Assembly: GCA_038248855.1 (NCBI GenBank)
Contig: JBBRXA010000005.1
Location: 22,930-86,929, forward strand
Direction of reading: 5' to 3'
Length of the DNA: 64,000 nt
DNA from: Bacteroidales bacterium
GTDB lineage: Bacteria > Bacteroidota > Bacteroidia > Bacteroidales > VadinHA17
This document shows, one piece after another, positions 17,627 through 26,811 of the stretch (positions within the stretch are counted from its first letter, which is position 1; every line of letters begins with the position of its first letter). The notes beneath the pieces are model-generated. The model ran no database searches. It worked only from the letters and a program-made list of their open reading frames with translations, and had not been told where the DNA came from. A program made the position numbers and the translations under genes.

Positions 17627-19087
17627 TCAGTACAGAGGGCCGAAGATGCGGGCGAGAGACTCTTTGTATCTTTCCTTCCTGTTTCTCTTTTCCCATTCTG
17701 ATTTCACTACCTCCCTGCATCCCTTCAGATCTTCAAAAAAGAGAGTGTTGAGCTCCGACGCAAAATTCAGGTCATATATCAGTGCCGTGACTTCAAAGTC
17801 GAGGTCAAAACTCCTTATATCGACATTGGGTGAGCCTACGGAGGCGAAAACACTGTCTACAAGCAGGTACTTTGAATGAATGAATCCTTCGTTGAAAAGA
17901 TAGACCCTTACACCTGCCTCCAGAAGTTCACTTATATATGACCTTGTGTTCCAGTTTGCAATGATGGAATCCGATGTTCTGGGAAAGATTATCCTGATGT
18001 CAATGCCGCTCAGGGCTGCCGTTTTAAGTGCGGTGAGAAGGCTTTCGTCGGGACTGAAATAGGGAGAAGTCAGGTAGATCGATCGCTTCGCTGTGGCGAT
18101 GGCGGCGAAATAGACCTGCAATATGGTCGCCCAATCGGTATCCGGACCGCTGGAGGCAACCTGCACCAGGCACCTGTTGCCGGTTTTGCTGTATTTCAGG
18201 AGCGGTTCCATGTCAGGGACCGGCTTACCGCTGACAAAGTCCCAGTCTGCAAGAAAAATACCGTTAAGGGCTGCCACAGACTCTCCTTTCAGTTCCAGGT
18301 GCGTGTCTTTCCACGGACCTATATCGGGAAGCCCGTAAAGATACTTGTCTGCTATGTTGAGGCCGCCCACGAATCCCACATTGCCGTCAACCACGAGTAT
18401 CTTCCTGTGATTCCGATAGTTTACCTTGCTTGAGAAGCTCGGGAAACGGACAGGCATAAACGGGAAAATGCTGACTCCTGAAGCCCGCATGTCGCGCAGG
18501 TAAGACTTTCCGATATTCCAGCTTCCGACATCATCATAGATAACCCTCACCCGGACTCCCTCAGCTGCCTTTTGTTTCAGCAGCTCCTTGAACTCCGTGC
18601 CCAAAGTATCGGGTTCGAGGCGGTAAAACTCGAGGTGAATATAGTTTTGTGCGCCGGCAATTGCCTCTCTCATTGCGGGAAATGTCTCCTTCCCGTTTTT
18701 CAGCAATTTCACAGTGTTGTCCACAGTCAGAACTGACCTGTTGTTGTTGAGGAGCAGTCGCATCAGGTGGGCCTTTGACTGTATATCATTACTCTCACCG
18801 GCGATTACCGTTGGGAGAGAGACCACCTGGCGTGCGACAAAATCAGAGAGAATTTCGCTGTCCGAAATGCTTTTGCGGCTGTAGATCTTTTGTTTGCGGT
18901 AATTCCTGCCAAAGAAGACATAAATCAGGATGCCGGCAACCGGTACAAGGATTATTACAAGGAGCCACGAGTGTGTCTTCAGGGGATTCCTGTTCTCGAA
19001 GACAATCATGAGGCTTATGGTAAAAACAGTAACCAGGTAAAGAATTGCCAATATCCACAGTATAATAGAAATGCTGTTACCTGACAT
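17627..19087 (-). CDS. cls: Cardiolipin synthase (PLD superfamily)
   Basis: Two N-terminal TM segments and two HKD motifs (HRKILVVDG, HSKYLLVDS). Confidence 0.9.
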   Translation of the reverse strand: MSGNSISIILWILAILYLVTVFTISLMIVFENRNPLKTHSWLLVIILVPVAGILIYVFFGRNYRKQKIYSRKSISDSEILSDFVARQVVSLPTVIAGESNDIQSKAHLMRLLLNNNRSVLTVDNTVKLLKNGKETFPAMREAIAGAQNYIHLEFYRLEPDTLGTEFKELLKQKAAEGVRVRVIYDDVGSWNIGKSYLRDMRASGVSIFPFMPVRFPSFSSKVNYRNHRKILVVDGNVGFVGGLNIADKYLYGLPDIGPWKDTHLELKGESVAALNGIFLADWDFVSGKPVPDMEPLLKYSKTGNRCLVQVASSGPDTDWATILQVYFAAIATAKRSIYLTSPYFSPDESLLTALKTAALSGIDIRIIFPRTSDSIIANWNTRSYISELLEAGVRVYLFNEGFIHSKYLLVDSVFASVGSPNVDIRSFDLDFEVTALIYDLNFASELNTLFFEDLKGCREVVKSEWEKRNRKERYKESLARIFGPLY

Positions 19088-19120
19088 TATTTCTGAATGT
19101 TTAAAATGCCTTCACCGGTA

Positions 19121-19157
19121 AAAATAAAAAAACTCTCCCGTTTATCAGCGGGAGAGT
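19121..19157 (-). terminator. Rho-independent terminator downstream of the OMP gene
   Basis: Perfect 9-bp stem actctcccg (19132-19140) / cgggagagt (19149-19157) with an 8-nt loop. The A-run at 19121-19131 becomes a U-tract on the minus-strand transcript. Confidence 0.75.
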
Positions 19158-19179
19158 CCTGTTTTATTGTCTTACCTGT

Positions 19180-19797
19180 CTAAAAAATCAGGCCGACCTG
19201 CAGCAACAGGGCGCCTGTTCTGTCATCCAGCGTGAATGTCTCACCGGCAATTGTGATCTGGTCCCCGAACTGGTTAAGGTTGCCTTCATAACGTACGTCA
19301 ACCGTCAACCTTTTAAAAAGATCAAGGCCAAGACCTGCCTGATAGCCAAAAGTAGCCCTCTTATAGGTTGCTCCCAGAATTACTTCTTTAGTGTCTGTAA
19401 TGAGTATAGAGGCTGCCGGACCGGCATTAACCCTCAGAAATGCCACTTTCAGGCCAATCATGACCGGGATATTGAGTTTTGTAAACTTCTGATTGTAGAT
19501 AACCGGGGCGCCGCCGCCCTCAACATCATCATATGATATTGAGTTTGTTGCAGTTGCAAGCAGAATCTCAGGCTGAACATATAACCCTGCAAACGATGCT
19601 CTCAGGAATGCCCCTCCCTGGAAGCCCCATTCTGCGTCTTTGGCATTCTGCAGAATTACCTCAAAATCAGTCCCCTGAAGGGTCTGGTTTGTGTAAGTGA
19701 AGTCAGTACTAGCTCCGGCTTTCAGCCCGAATTTTACCTGTGAGAACAGGGGTACAGTAAGCATAAGTGCAAACAGAATTACAAGGATCTTTTTCAT
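19180..19797 (-). CDS. Outer-membrane beta-barrel protein (small porin / OmpW-PorT-like)
   Basis: Signal peptide, alternating beta-strand pattern, and a C-terminus LLLQVGLIF ending in Phe. Confidence 0.75.
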   Translation of the reverse strand: MKKILVILFALMLTVPLFSQVKFGLKAGASTDFTYTNQTLQGTDFEVILQNAKDAEWGFQGGAFLRASFAGLYVQPEILLATATNSISYDDVEGGGAPVIYNQKFTKLNIPVMIGLKVAFLRVNAGPAASILITDTKEVILGATYKRATFGYQAGLGLDLFKRLTVDVRYEGNLNQFGDQITIAGETFTLDDRTGALLLQVGLIF

Positions 19798-19887
19798 TGT
19801 TGTGAAATTTAAGTTAAACCAGTCTATTGCTATATAGAACGTTTAAATTTCCCAAAGGTTGCATGGGAAGACTTTTATTGGTTCTTT

Positions 19888-20424
19888 TTAATTCTTCTTT
19901 TGCAGTTCGGCAAAAATCACTTTCTTCATTTTATCAAACTCTTCCCGTTCAAACAGTCGGGTCAGAAAAATTATTTTGCCGTTGCGGTCTATTATTATGT
20001 TACGCGTTACTCCGGCCTCTTTTTCGGCAAAAAGTGAAAAATATGCCGCTCCGGGATCAAGTGCCAGGGGATAGGTAACGGCTATATCTTTTTTAAATTT
20101 CAATACAGTTTCAAGCGGTTCGTCCCGGTCAATACCTATTACCACCAGCCCCTCCTTTTTACCGGGGAGCCATATCTCGTTTTCGATGAAGGGCATCTCT
20201 TTGCGGCAGACACTACACCAGCTGGCGGTGAACTGCAGCATCACAACCTTTCCCCTCAGATCCGAGAGTTTATATGTCTTTCCCCCTGCCTCGGCAATAG
20301 TGAAATCAGGAGCAGTGTCACCCACCCTGACAAGGTACTGGTTTTCATAGGTTTTTATCTCCTGCCCGCTGGCTGAAACTGAAATAATCACAGCCAGGCC
20401 AATCAATAAAGCTTTTATCCTCAT
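19888..20424 (-). CDS. TlpA/ResA-like periplasmic thiol:disulfide oxidoreductase
   Basis: Thioredoxin fold with WCSVC. I prefer the ATG start MRIKALLIGL at 20424 to the track TTG at 20451. Confidence 0.85.
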   Translation of the reverse strand: MRIKALLIGLAVIISVSASGQEIKTYENQYLVRVGDTAPDFTIAEAGGKTYKLSDLRGKVVMLQFTASWCSVCRKEMPFIENEIWLPGKKEGLVVIGIDRDEPLETVLKFKKDIAVTYPLALDPGAAYFSLFAEKEAGVTRNIIIDRNGKIIFLTRLFEREEFDKMKKVIFAELQKKN

Positions 20425-20556
20425 AATTAACCGATTTTTTAACCGATCCAAAAATAACTATTTTAACTTAACCTTTAACCTTCACCAGCACCAAACTGCA
20501 GTCTGTATCCTCATCCGCCGGCTGCCGGAACTCCGGGCATTTTCTCAACTGGTCCT

Positions 20557-20946
20557 CTAATTCCTTTCCTCTCCCGGCCCTTCATCCGGCTCCAGGTATG
20601 AATTATTCTGCTTAAGCTCGAGGTAACCGTCACCGCCATCCCTGAACCCGAATTCAAAGCAGAAAATCCATTTGAGACCTTCAGCTGTCTCAACCAGATG
20701 GGTAAAAAAGGTAAAGTTGTAACCCAGGGCTATGAGAGCGTCACGGTGCAGCCTTCTGTGGCCGTCATCATAAAGATCCGACAGAATCTTGCGGTTTCGC
20801 CTCAGCAGACCGTGAACATTACGGACATAGTTGTTGGAATCACGGTTGAGCCGGTTATTGTAATTGTTTCGGCACTGGTCAGAGCAGAATTTTTTATCAG
20901 ACCGTCCGAGAAGCTTTTCCCCGCAGTCAAGACACACACGTTCCAC
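20557..20946 (-). CDS. Hypothetical protein with an N-terminal zinc-ribbon (CLDCG...CSDQC)
   Basis: 129 aa with an apparent GTG start. Four Cys in a CxxC-N12-CxxxC arrangement, followed by a basic region. Confidence 0.55.
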   Translation of the reverse strand: MERVCLDCGEKLLGRSDKKFCSDQCRNNYNNRLNRDSNNYVRNVHGLLRRNRKILSDLYDDGHRRLHRDALIALGYNFTFFTHLVETAEGLKWIFCFEFGFRDGGDGYLELKQNNSYLEPDEGPGEERN

Positions 20947-21098
20947 AGCGTAATGTTTTGATAAATATACAAAAAAACGTTTACAAACGGGTATAAACGA
21001 CTTCCAAATGAATACAAGCGGTTAACAACCGGGTCGGGCGGACGGGCTGATGCAAATTTGTACTGTCAACTCACTTAATAACTAAAAACAAAAAAAAG

Positions 21099-21485
21099 AT
21101 GAGCACATTAAGAAACAGGGTACAGCTGATCGGCCATCTCGGTCATGACCCGGAGATCAAAACACTTGAGAGCGGAAAGAAACTGGCACGGTTCACCCTT
21201 GCCACAAATGAAAACTTCAAGAATGCCGAAGGTCTGAAGACCGAGGAGACCACCTGGCACAACATCGTGGCATGGAACGGCTCGGCAGAGATTGCATCGA
21301 AGTATCTCGCAAAGGGAAAGGAAGTGTGTATTGACGGCCGTATCACATACCGTACATACACTGACAAGAACGGTGTGCAGAAAGGATCGACCGAGATTGT
21401 CGTGAATGAATTACTACTTCTGGGTTCCACGAAGGAAAAACCTGAAAAGAAAACTGCGAGGGAGAAACAGCCGGCTGTGGAATAA
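21099..21485 (+). CDS. ssb: Single-stranded DNA-binding protein (short form, no acidic C-terminal tip)
   Basis: OB-fold SSB N-terminus RNRVQLIGHLGHDPEIKTLESGKKLARFTLATNE...TTWHNIVAW. The C-terminus ends KQPAVE rather than the canonical D-D-(I/L)-P-F. Confidence 0.85.
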   Translation: MSTLRNRVQLIGHLGHDPEIKTLESGKKLARFTLATNENFKNAEGLKTEETTWHNIVAWNGSAEIASKYLAKGKEVCIDGRITYRTYTDKNGVQKGSTEIVVNELLLLGSTKEKPEKKTAREKQPAVE

Positions 21486-21548
21486 CAGTCTCGTGATGAA
21501 GACTGCCACGGTTTACCCTTGACAGTCTCGTGATGAAGGCCGCCACGG
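21486..21548. repeat. 26-bp direct repeat, two copies (24/26 identical)
   Basis: cagtctcgtgatgaagactgccacgg at 21486-21511 and cagtctcgtgatgaaggccgccacgg at 21523-21548. The first copy starts 1 nt after the ssb stop codon. Confidence 0.8.
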
Positions 21549-21571
21549 AGGAACCGTGGCAGCCTCGTCAT
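21539..21571. terminator. Hairpin between convergent ssb and S9 peptidase genes (probable bidirectional terminator)
   Basis: gccgccacgg (21539-21548) pairs with ccgtggcagc (21554-21563) at 9/10 positions with a 5-nt loop. It is followed by tcatttatttt. Confidence 0.5.
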
Positions 21572-23890
21572 TTATTTTCCCATGTAATCATAGAGGTCGG
21601 CATTCGTCCGGTAATCATAAAGCAGATGCTCAGCAAAATAGTACCACATCAGCCGCTCGAAGTAAACTGCATAATTACCGAAAGAATGACGCTGCCCCGG
21701 CATTAACATCATGTCGAACCGCTTATTGGCCTTAATGAGAGCATCAGCCACCCTGATCGTATTGCCCGGATGGACATTGTTATCAATATCGCCGTGAACC
21801 AGGAGCAAATGCCCCTTCAGTTTCCCTGCAAGATCCTGATTCTTCTTTATTTCAGCTTTGAATGAGATTTTGACGGTATCACCTGTCTCCCCCTCCTTAA
21901 GCTTCACCTTTTTTTCCACCTCTTCCACACCGTCATGCGTCTCTCCCCACCACTGGTTATAGATATTGTTGTCATGATTCCCGGCCGACGATACCGCAAC
22001 ATCATAGAAGTCAGGATAGGAGAGCAATGCCGCCGTTGACATGAATCCGCCACCGGAGTGGCCGTATATGCCTACCCTGTTAATGTCGATGTTGGGACAG
22101 ATATCTGCCAGCTGTTCAATACCGTACTTGTCGTCAGCCAGGGCATAGTCGCGCAGATCATCATACCCGAATGAATGGTAATAATGGCTTCTTTGCGGGC
22201 TTCCGCCGCGGTGTCCGAAATTTACAACAATGAAACCGAGCTGTGCCAGAGCCACATTGTACCTGCCTGAGGCGCTGAAAGTATAGGAAACGCTCTCTGT
22301 CTGAGGGCCGGGATAGACATAGGATATTACAGGATATTTACGGGTGGAATCGAAATCAAACGGTTTGTACATCACCCCGAACAGGTCTGTAACCCCGTCT
22401 TTAGCCTTGACCCTGAAGGTCTCGGGCTTCTTCCAGCCGGTACGGTACAGTTCCGTCAGATCGGGTCTTTCAAGCTCCATCATGATGTTGCCGTTGTTGT
22501 CCCTCAGAACAGATCTTGGCTCCAGATCCACCCTTGAAAAGTTGTCAACATAATACTTTGAACTCTTTGACATACTCATTGAGTGGCTCGCGTCATCCTT
22601 TGTTATCAGGCTCATTCCTCCCCTGTCGATTGAAGCTTTGTATGTAAGGCTGTAGTACGGATGAATCTCCTTTTCCCTGCCGAAAGCCTCAAAGTAGATC
22701 ATCCGGTTCAGGGTATCAATTTGCTGTACATTTCCGGTCACAAAATAACCGTCACTTATCTGATTAAGCAGTTTACCGTTGCCGTCATAATGGTACAGCT
22801 GTCCCCAACCGGTACGCTCTGACCACCAGATGATATCATTGCCCTCATTGAGCACCGAAAGCTGTGCGTAATCGTTGTTGAAATAAGGCCATATCTCTTC
22901 GCTGAAAAGAACCTTAACCTCACCTGTAACCGCATTCACCATGCAAACATCGAGCTTCTTCAGCGGGCGGTCCTTGCGGACCACAATTAGCTTGTCAGCA
23001 CTTTTCTGCGAACTCCAGCGAACCTCTATTGTCTGATCTTTCCATTTATCGAGATTGATATCCACCCTGCCGCGAGTCGCCACCTCAAAAACGGAGATGT
23101 GATCCTGGGGGACAAACTCCTCACCGGGCATCGAATACCGGTATGTTTCAAGTTTAGGCCTCGGCGAAGCAAGCACATCGATCACAAAAAGGTCCCTTAC
23201 CTTACGGACATCAGATCTTTCCGCGAAAAGCTTTTCAGAGTTTTTGAACCATCGGACAACGGGGTACTGCTTCTTGTTCTTGGCCGTGTCACTGCCATTG
23301 CGGGCATAACTGAAATACTGCTCTCCGTCAGTTGTAAGCTGAACACCCACACTGTCCTTGTCATGCCTCTTCATAATATAAAGATTATGATTCAGTGCAT
23401 AGGAGAACCAAACGCTGTCAGGAGAGAAAGCAGCCCATCTCGGCTCTTTCCGGTCCTTCTTGTGAATCGTATCCTTAATTGCCAAAGCCCTGGATACCAT
23501 ATCATAACTGAATTTTACCGAGTCAATCTGGAAGGTAAGCCTTGTGATGCTTTTCTTATCAAATTTAAGTTCCTTTATCGGAAGGTCCAGCTCATTATAC
23601 GCTTTCTTCGTAACAAGATGAAGCTGGGTTGCCATATAACGGCTGTCAAAAAGAGGTTGTTTCGTTTTTTTTGCAGCATCGACATACCACCAGTTCCTGC
23701 CTGAGGGCGTTTTATAAGAAAACCAGAAGATGTCGTTTTCCTCGATCCAGACCGGCTGTACAGCTAGGTCACCGGTACGTGTCGTCAGGTTGGCAGTACT
23801 GAACTTCTCTGCAGCCTGAAAGTCAGCTTTCTGGGCAAGCGAAGCTGCCGCAAGCGCAATAAATAGTGTAATCAGATTCAGTTTTCTCAT
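21572..23890 (-). CDS. S9-family serine peptidase, dipeptidyl-peptidase IV-like
   Basis: 772 aa with a signal peptide and a long beta-propeller-like N-terminal region. The C-terminal alpha/beta hydrolase carries GIYGHSGGGFMS (Ser), VHGDIDNNV (Asp) and PGQRHSF (His). Confidence 0.85.
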   Translation of the reverse strand: MRKLNLITLFIALAAASLAQKADFQAAEKFSTANLTTRTGDLAVQPVWIEENDIFWFSYKTPSGRNWWYVDAAKKTKQPLFDSRYMATQLHLVTKKAYNELDLPIKELKFDKKSITRLTFQIDSVKFSYDMVSRALAIKDTIHKKDRKEPRWAAFSPDSVWFSYALNHNLYIMKRHDKDSVGVQLTTDGEQYFSYARNGSDTAKNKKQYPVVRWFKNSEKLFAERSDVRKVRDLFVIDVLASPRPKLETYRYSMPGEEFVPQDHISVFEVATRGRVDINLDKWKDQTIEVRWSSQKSADKLIVVRKDRPLKKLDVCMVNAVTGEVKVLFSEEIWPYFNNDYAQLSVLNEGNDIIWWSERTGWGQLYHYDGNGKLLNQISDGYFVTGNVQQIDTLNRMIYFEAFGREKEIHPYYSLTYKASIDRGGMSLITKDDASHSMSMSKSSKYYVDNFSRVDLEPRSVLRDNNGNIMMELERPDLTELYRTGWKKPETFRVKAKDGVTDLFGVMYKPFDFDSTRKYPVISYVYPGPQTESVSYTFSASGRYNVALAQLGFIVVNFGHRGGSPQRSHYYHSFGYDDLRDYALADDKYGIEQLADICPNIDINRVGIYGHSGGGFMSTAALLSYPDFYDVAVSSAGNHDNNIYNQWWGETHDGVEEVEKKVKLKEGETGDTVKISFKAEIKKNQDLAGKLKGHLLLVHGDIDNNVHPGNTIRVADALIKANKRFDMMLMPGQRHSFGNYAVYFERLMWYYFAEHLLYDYRTNADLYDYMGK

Positions 23891-23978
23891 TTGAGGGTAT
23901 TTTTCGCGGATAAAAATAACTCAAATTTAAACCGTTATGCTTCCTGAGGTGATGTTAAAGGGCAGATTTTCCCCGTAC

Positions 23979-24560
23979 TTACCGGACCTTTCCTACCCGG
24001 TCCCTGCCAGCCACCAGAGCCTTCAGGTTCAGTTCTACTGTCTCAGAACCCTTTCGTTCAAACAGCTTCCTGACTGCATTTTCCAGGCTCTCAAAAGGAA
24101 GGAATATAAAGGACGAGGCGGCGCCAAGGATAACCATGTTTCCTGCCTTAACCGATCCGAGTTCCTTAGCCGTGGAATCGGCATCGAAAACGATACTGTT
24201 CCTTATCTTATTAATTTCTGCGATGACGGACTCCGGTTCAGGATAGCCCCCGATATTCACAAAAGGGACTGAGTTTGTGACAAGCCACCCGTTCGGTGAC
24301 AGCCACGGCAGGTATCTCAGCGACTCCATGGGCTCGACAGAAATGATGAGATCCGCACACCCGAGAGGGATCAGATCTGAATGTATCTCCCTGTCTGACA
24401 GCCGTAAATGCGATTGCACATCTCCGCCTCTCTGGCTCATGCCGTGAACCTCAGACTGCTTGAGAAAAACTCCGCGTTCAACTGCAGCAAGGCCTATTGT
24501 TGCTGCTATTGAAAGTATGCCTTGCCCTCCGACTCCGGCCAGTATTATATCACATTTCAT
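23979..24560 (-). CDS. iorB: Indolepyruvate:ferredoxin oxidoreductase, beta subunit
   Basis: 193 aa. The N-terminus MKCDIILAGVGGQGILS is typical of the 2-oxoacid:ferredoxin oxidoreductase gamma-type domain. It lies directly downstream of iorA. Confidence 0.85.
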   Translation of the reverse strand: MKCDIILAGVGGQGILSIAATIGLAAVERGVFLKQSEVHGMSQRGGDVQSHLRLSDREIHSDLIPLGCADLIISVEPMESLRYLPWLSPNGWLVTNSVPFVNIGGYPEPESVIAEINKIRNSIVFDADSTAKELGSVKAGNMVILGAASSFIFLPFESLENAVRKLFERKGSETVELNLKALVAGRDRVGKVR

Positions 24561-24574
24561 CTTATTCCGGTTTT

Positions 24575-26182
24575 TTATTTTTTTTCTGCCACTTCGGTTT
24601 TCTTATTCCTTGAGGCAGTCTGAATGCATTCTCTCTGTGCAAGGATCACTGAGACGCCTCTGTAAGCAAGTTCTACCTTCATTACTGAAACGTTCTCATC
24701 ATGGTTCTTTCTGAGAGGAACAATAATTCTCAGATGATCATGATTCACTCCCAGTCCGAGACAGATGCTCTCGAGTCTCCCTGTTGCCTGTGACGACTGT
24801 CCTCCGGTCATTCCGGTGGTGGAGTTATCAGATATAATTACCGTAACCGGTGAGTTTTTGACAACTGCGTCCAACAGTCCCGTCATTCCTGAATGTGTGA
24901 AAGTGGAGTCTCCTATAACGGCAACAGCAGGAATAAGTCCTGCGTCAGAAGCGCCGATGGCCATCGTTACGGACGCCCCCATATCTACACACGAGTTTAC
25001 CATGTTGTAGGGCGGCAGGGCTCCGAGGGTGTAACACCCTATATCTGAAAATACTCTTCCCGGGCCCGCCTCCTTCAATGCTTCGCTCAGAGCGGCATAT
25101 ACATCTGCATGTCCGCACCCCTTGCAAAATGAAGGCGGCCTCTGCTGTACAAGGTGCGGAACATCCCTGTTCTTCGGCACAGTCATTCCCAGAGCTTTGG
25201 CAACAATGGCGGGACTAAGTTCCCCGTCACGGGGAACGGTGCCGTCGAGGCGGCCAAGCACTTTTACATCCCTGTCAAGCATGCCCCTGAGCTGCTCTTC
25301 AATAAACGGGAATCCCTCTTCAAGAACCAGCACCCGGTCACAGCTGCTGACAAGTTTTTCCACCAGCCTTTTATCAACCGGATAAGCAGCAACGGACAGG
25401 ACATTGTATTTCTTTGCTGTGTCACCTGTGTTTTCGAGAAGGTAGTTATAAGCGATGCCGCAGGTGATTATTCCTGTATCCTTATGTGAACCGCATGACA
25501 GCCTGTTGTATGCTGAAAGTTTGCTGTCGCTTCTGAGCGCCTCATATGTTCCGGTCAGAGCTCTGTACTGTTTTCGGGCAATTGCCGGCAGAAGCACGAA
25601 CTGCCTTGGATTATCCGGGAGGGCAAGATTGTTCTGACTGATCTGTTCGCGTCTTTTCACTGACGACCTCGAATGCGCAAGACGGGTTGTAATGCGGTAA
25701 AGAACAGGCAGCCTGTATTTCTCGGATATTTCAAAAGCCTCAAAGACCATATCATAGGCTTCCTGCTGATCACGCGGTTCAAATACCGGCACAAGAGCAA
25801 ACTTTCCGTAGAACCTCGAATCCTGTTCATTTTGTGATGAATGCATAGAGGGATCGTCAGCAGAAACAACTATGAGGCCACCGTTAACACCGGTAACCGC
25901 TGAATTGATGAATGCATCCGCAGCAACATTAAGTCCCACGTGCTTCATTGACACCATTGCCCTGCGGCCGGCATATGACATTCCAAGCGCTGCCTCTGTG
26001 GCTGTCTTTTCATTGCATGACCATTCACGGTGTACTGCCCCTTCAGATGCCTGCCCCGAAGCCTGTATGTATTCCATGATCTCAGTGGAGGGTGTGCCCG
26101 GGTAACCGTACATGCCGCTCATGCCGGCATCCAGCGCTGCCTGCGCAATTGCCTCATCACCAAGCAACAATAGTTTTTGCAT
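24575..26182 (-). CDS. iorA: Indolepyruvate:ferredoxin oxidoreductase, alpha subunit
   Basis: 535 aa with LLLGDEAIAQAALDAGMSGMYGYPGTPSTEI and the TPP-binding region GDSTFTHSGMTGLLDAV. Confidence 0.85.
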   Translation of the reverse strand: MQKLLLLGDEAIAQAALDAGMSGMYGYPGTPSTEIMEYIQASGQASEGAVHREWSCNEKTATEAALGMSYAGRRAMVSMKHVGLNVAADAFINSAVTGVNGGLIVVSADDPSMHSSQNEQDSRFYGKFALVPVFEPRDQQEAYDMVFEAFEISEKYRLPVLYRITTRLAHSRSSVKRREQISQNNLALPDNPRQFVLLPAIARKQYRALTGTYEALRSDSKLSAYNRLSCGSHKDTGIITCGIAYNYLLENTGDTAKKYNVLSVAAYPVDKRLVEKLVSSCDRVLVLEEGFPFIEEQLRGMLDRDVKVLGRLDGTVPRDGELSPAIVAKALGMTVPKNRDVPHLVQQRPPSFCKGCGHADVYAALSEALKEAGPGRVFSDIGCYTLGALPPYNMVNSCVDMGASVTMAIGASDAGLIPAVAVIGDSTFTHSGMTGLLDAVVKNSPVTVIISDNSTTGMTGGQSSQATGRLESICLGLGVNHDHLRIIVPLRKNHDENVSVMKVELAYRGVSVILAQRECIQTASRNKKTEVAEKK

Positions 26183-26258
26183 ATATAGGAGTTTTGTTTA
26201 CCGTTATTAAGACCCCGGTAAAGATGATAAGAAATTGAAGATAAACAAAGCTGAAATG

Positions 26259-26714
26259 TCAGACAATCTTTTCCAGATCGTCAGGTATCAGAGGCCTGAT
26301 GTTGATATGAACAAAATCGAATGCGAAATCCTCAATCTCATCACGGACGGAATTAAACACCCGCATTTTTTCTTCGTCTGTGCCTTCAGCCCTGGCCGGG
26401 TCAGGAAAAGAGTGATGCAGGCGCACTGTTTCTCCCGGAATATAAGGACACGCCTCCCTGGCATTGTCACAAACAGTAATAATATAATCGAAATCCGTTT
26501 CAGAAAGTTCATCAACTGTTTTTGACTTATGACCTGAAATATCTATTACTGCATCCATCATAGATCTGACGGCAAAAGGGTTCAGTCCGTGCGCTTCCAC
26601 GCCCGCACTCCACACATTCGCTGCATCCCCGGCATAATATCTTATCCACGCCTCAGCCATTTGACTGCGGCAGGAGTTGCCTGTGCAAAGGACCAGAATA
26701 TTATTTTTTTTCAT
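26259..26714 (-). CDS. arsC: Arsenate reductase, thioredoxin-coupled LMW-PTPase type
   Basis: P-loop VLCTGNSCRSQMAE plus the downstream Cys pair in ITVCDNAREACPYIPG. Confidence 0.85.
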   Translation of the reverse strand: MKKNNILVLCTGNSCRSQMAEAWIRYYAGDAANVWSAGVEAHGLNPFAVRSMMDAVIDISGHKSKTVDELSETDFDYIITVCDNAREACPYIPGETVRLHHSFPDPARAEGTDEEKMRVFNSVRDEIEDFAFDFVHINIRPLIPDDLEKIV

Positions 26715-26811
26715 TCCAACTCCGGCTTTCGTCTCTATATTAAAGTTAGGTTAAAATTACAAATCAAACACCATAATTGTTTACTTTACGTCGCATTTCA
26801 AATCATTTCTG

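Noticed and set aside
21143-21571. 142-aa and 67-aa minus-strand ORFs overlapping ssb.
   Set aside because: They are antisense to a canonical SSB OB-fold gene and extend through the terminator and repeat region.
23099-23704. 201-aa plus-strand ORF inside the S9 peptidase gene.
   Set aside because: It is antisense to a 772-aa gene with clear catalytic-triad motifs, and it has no recognisable features of its own.
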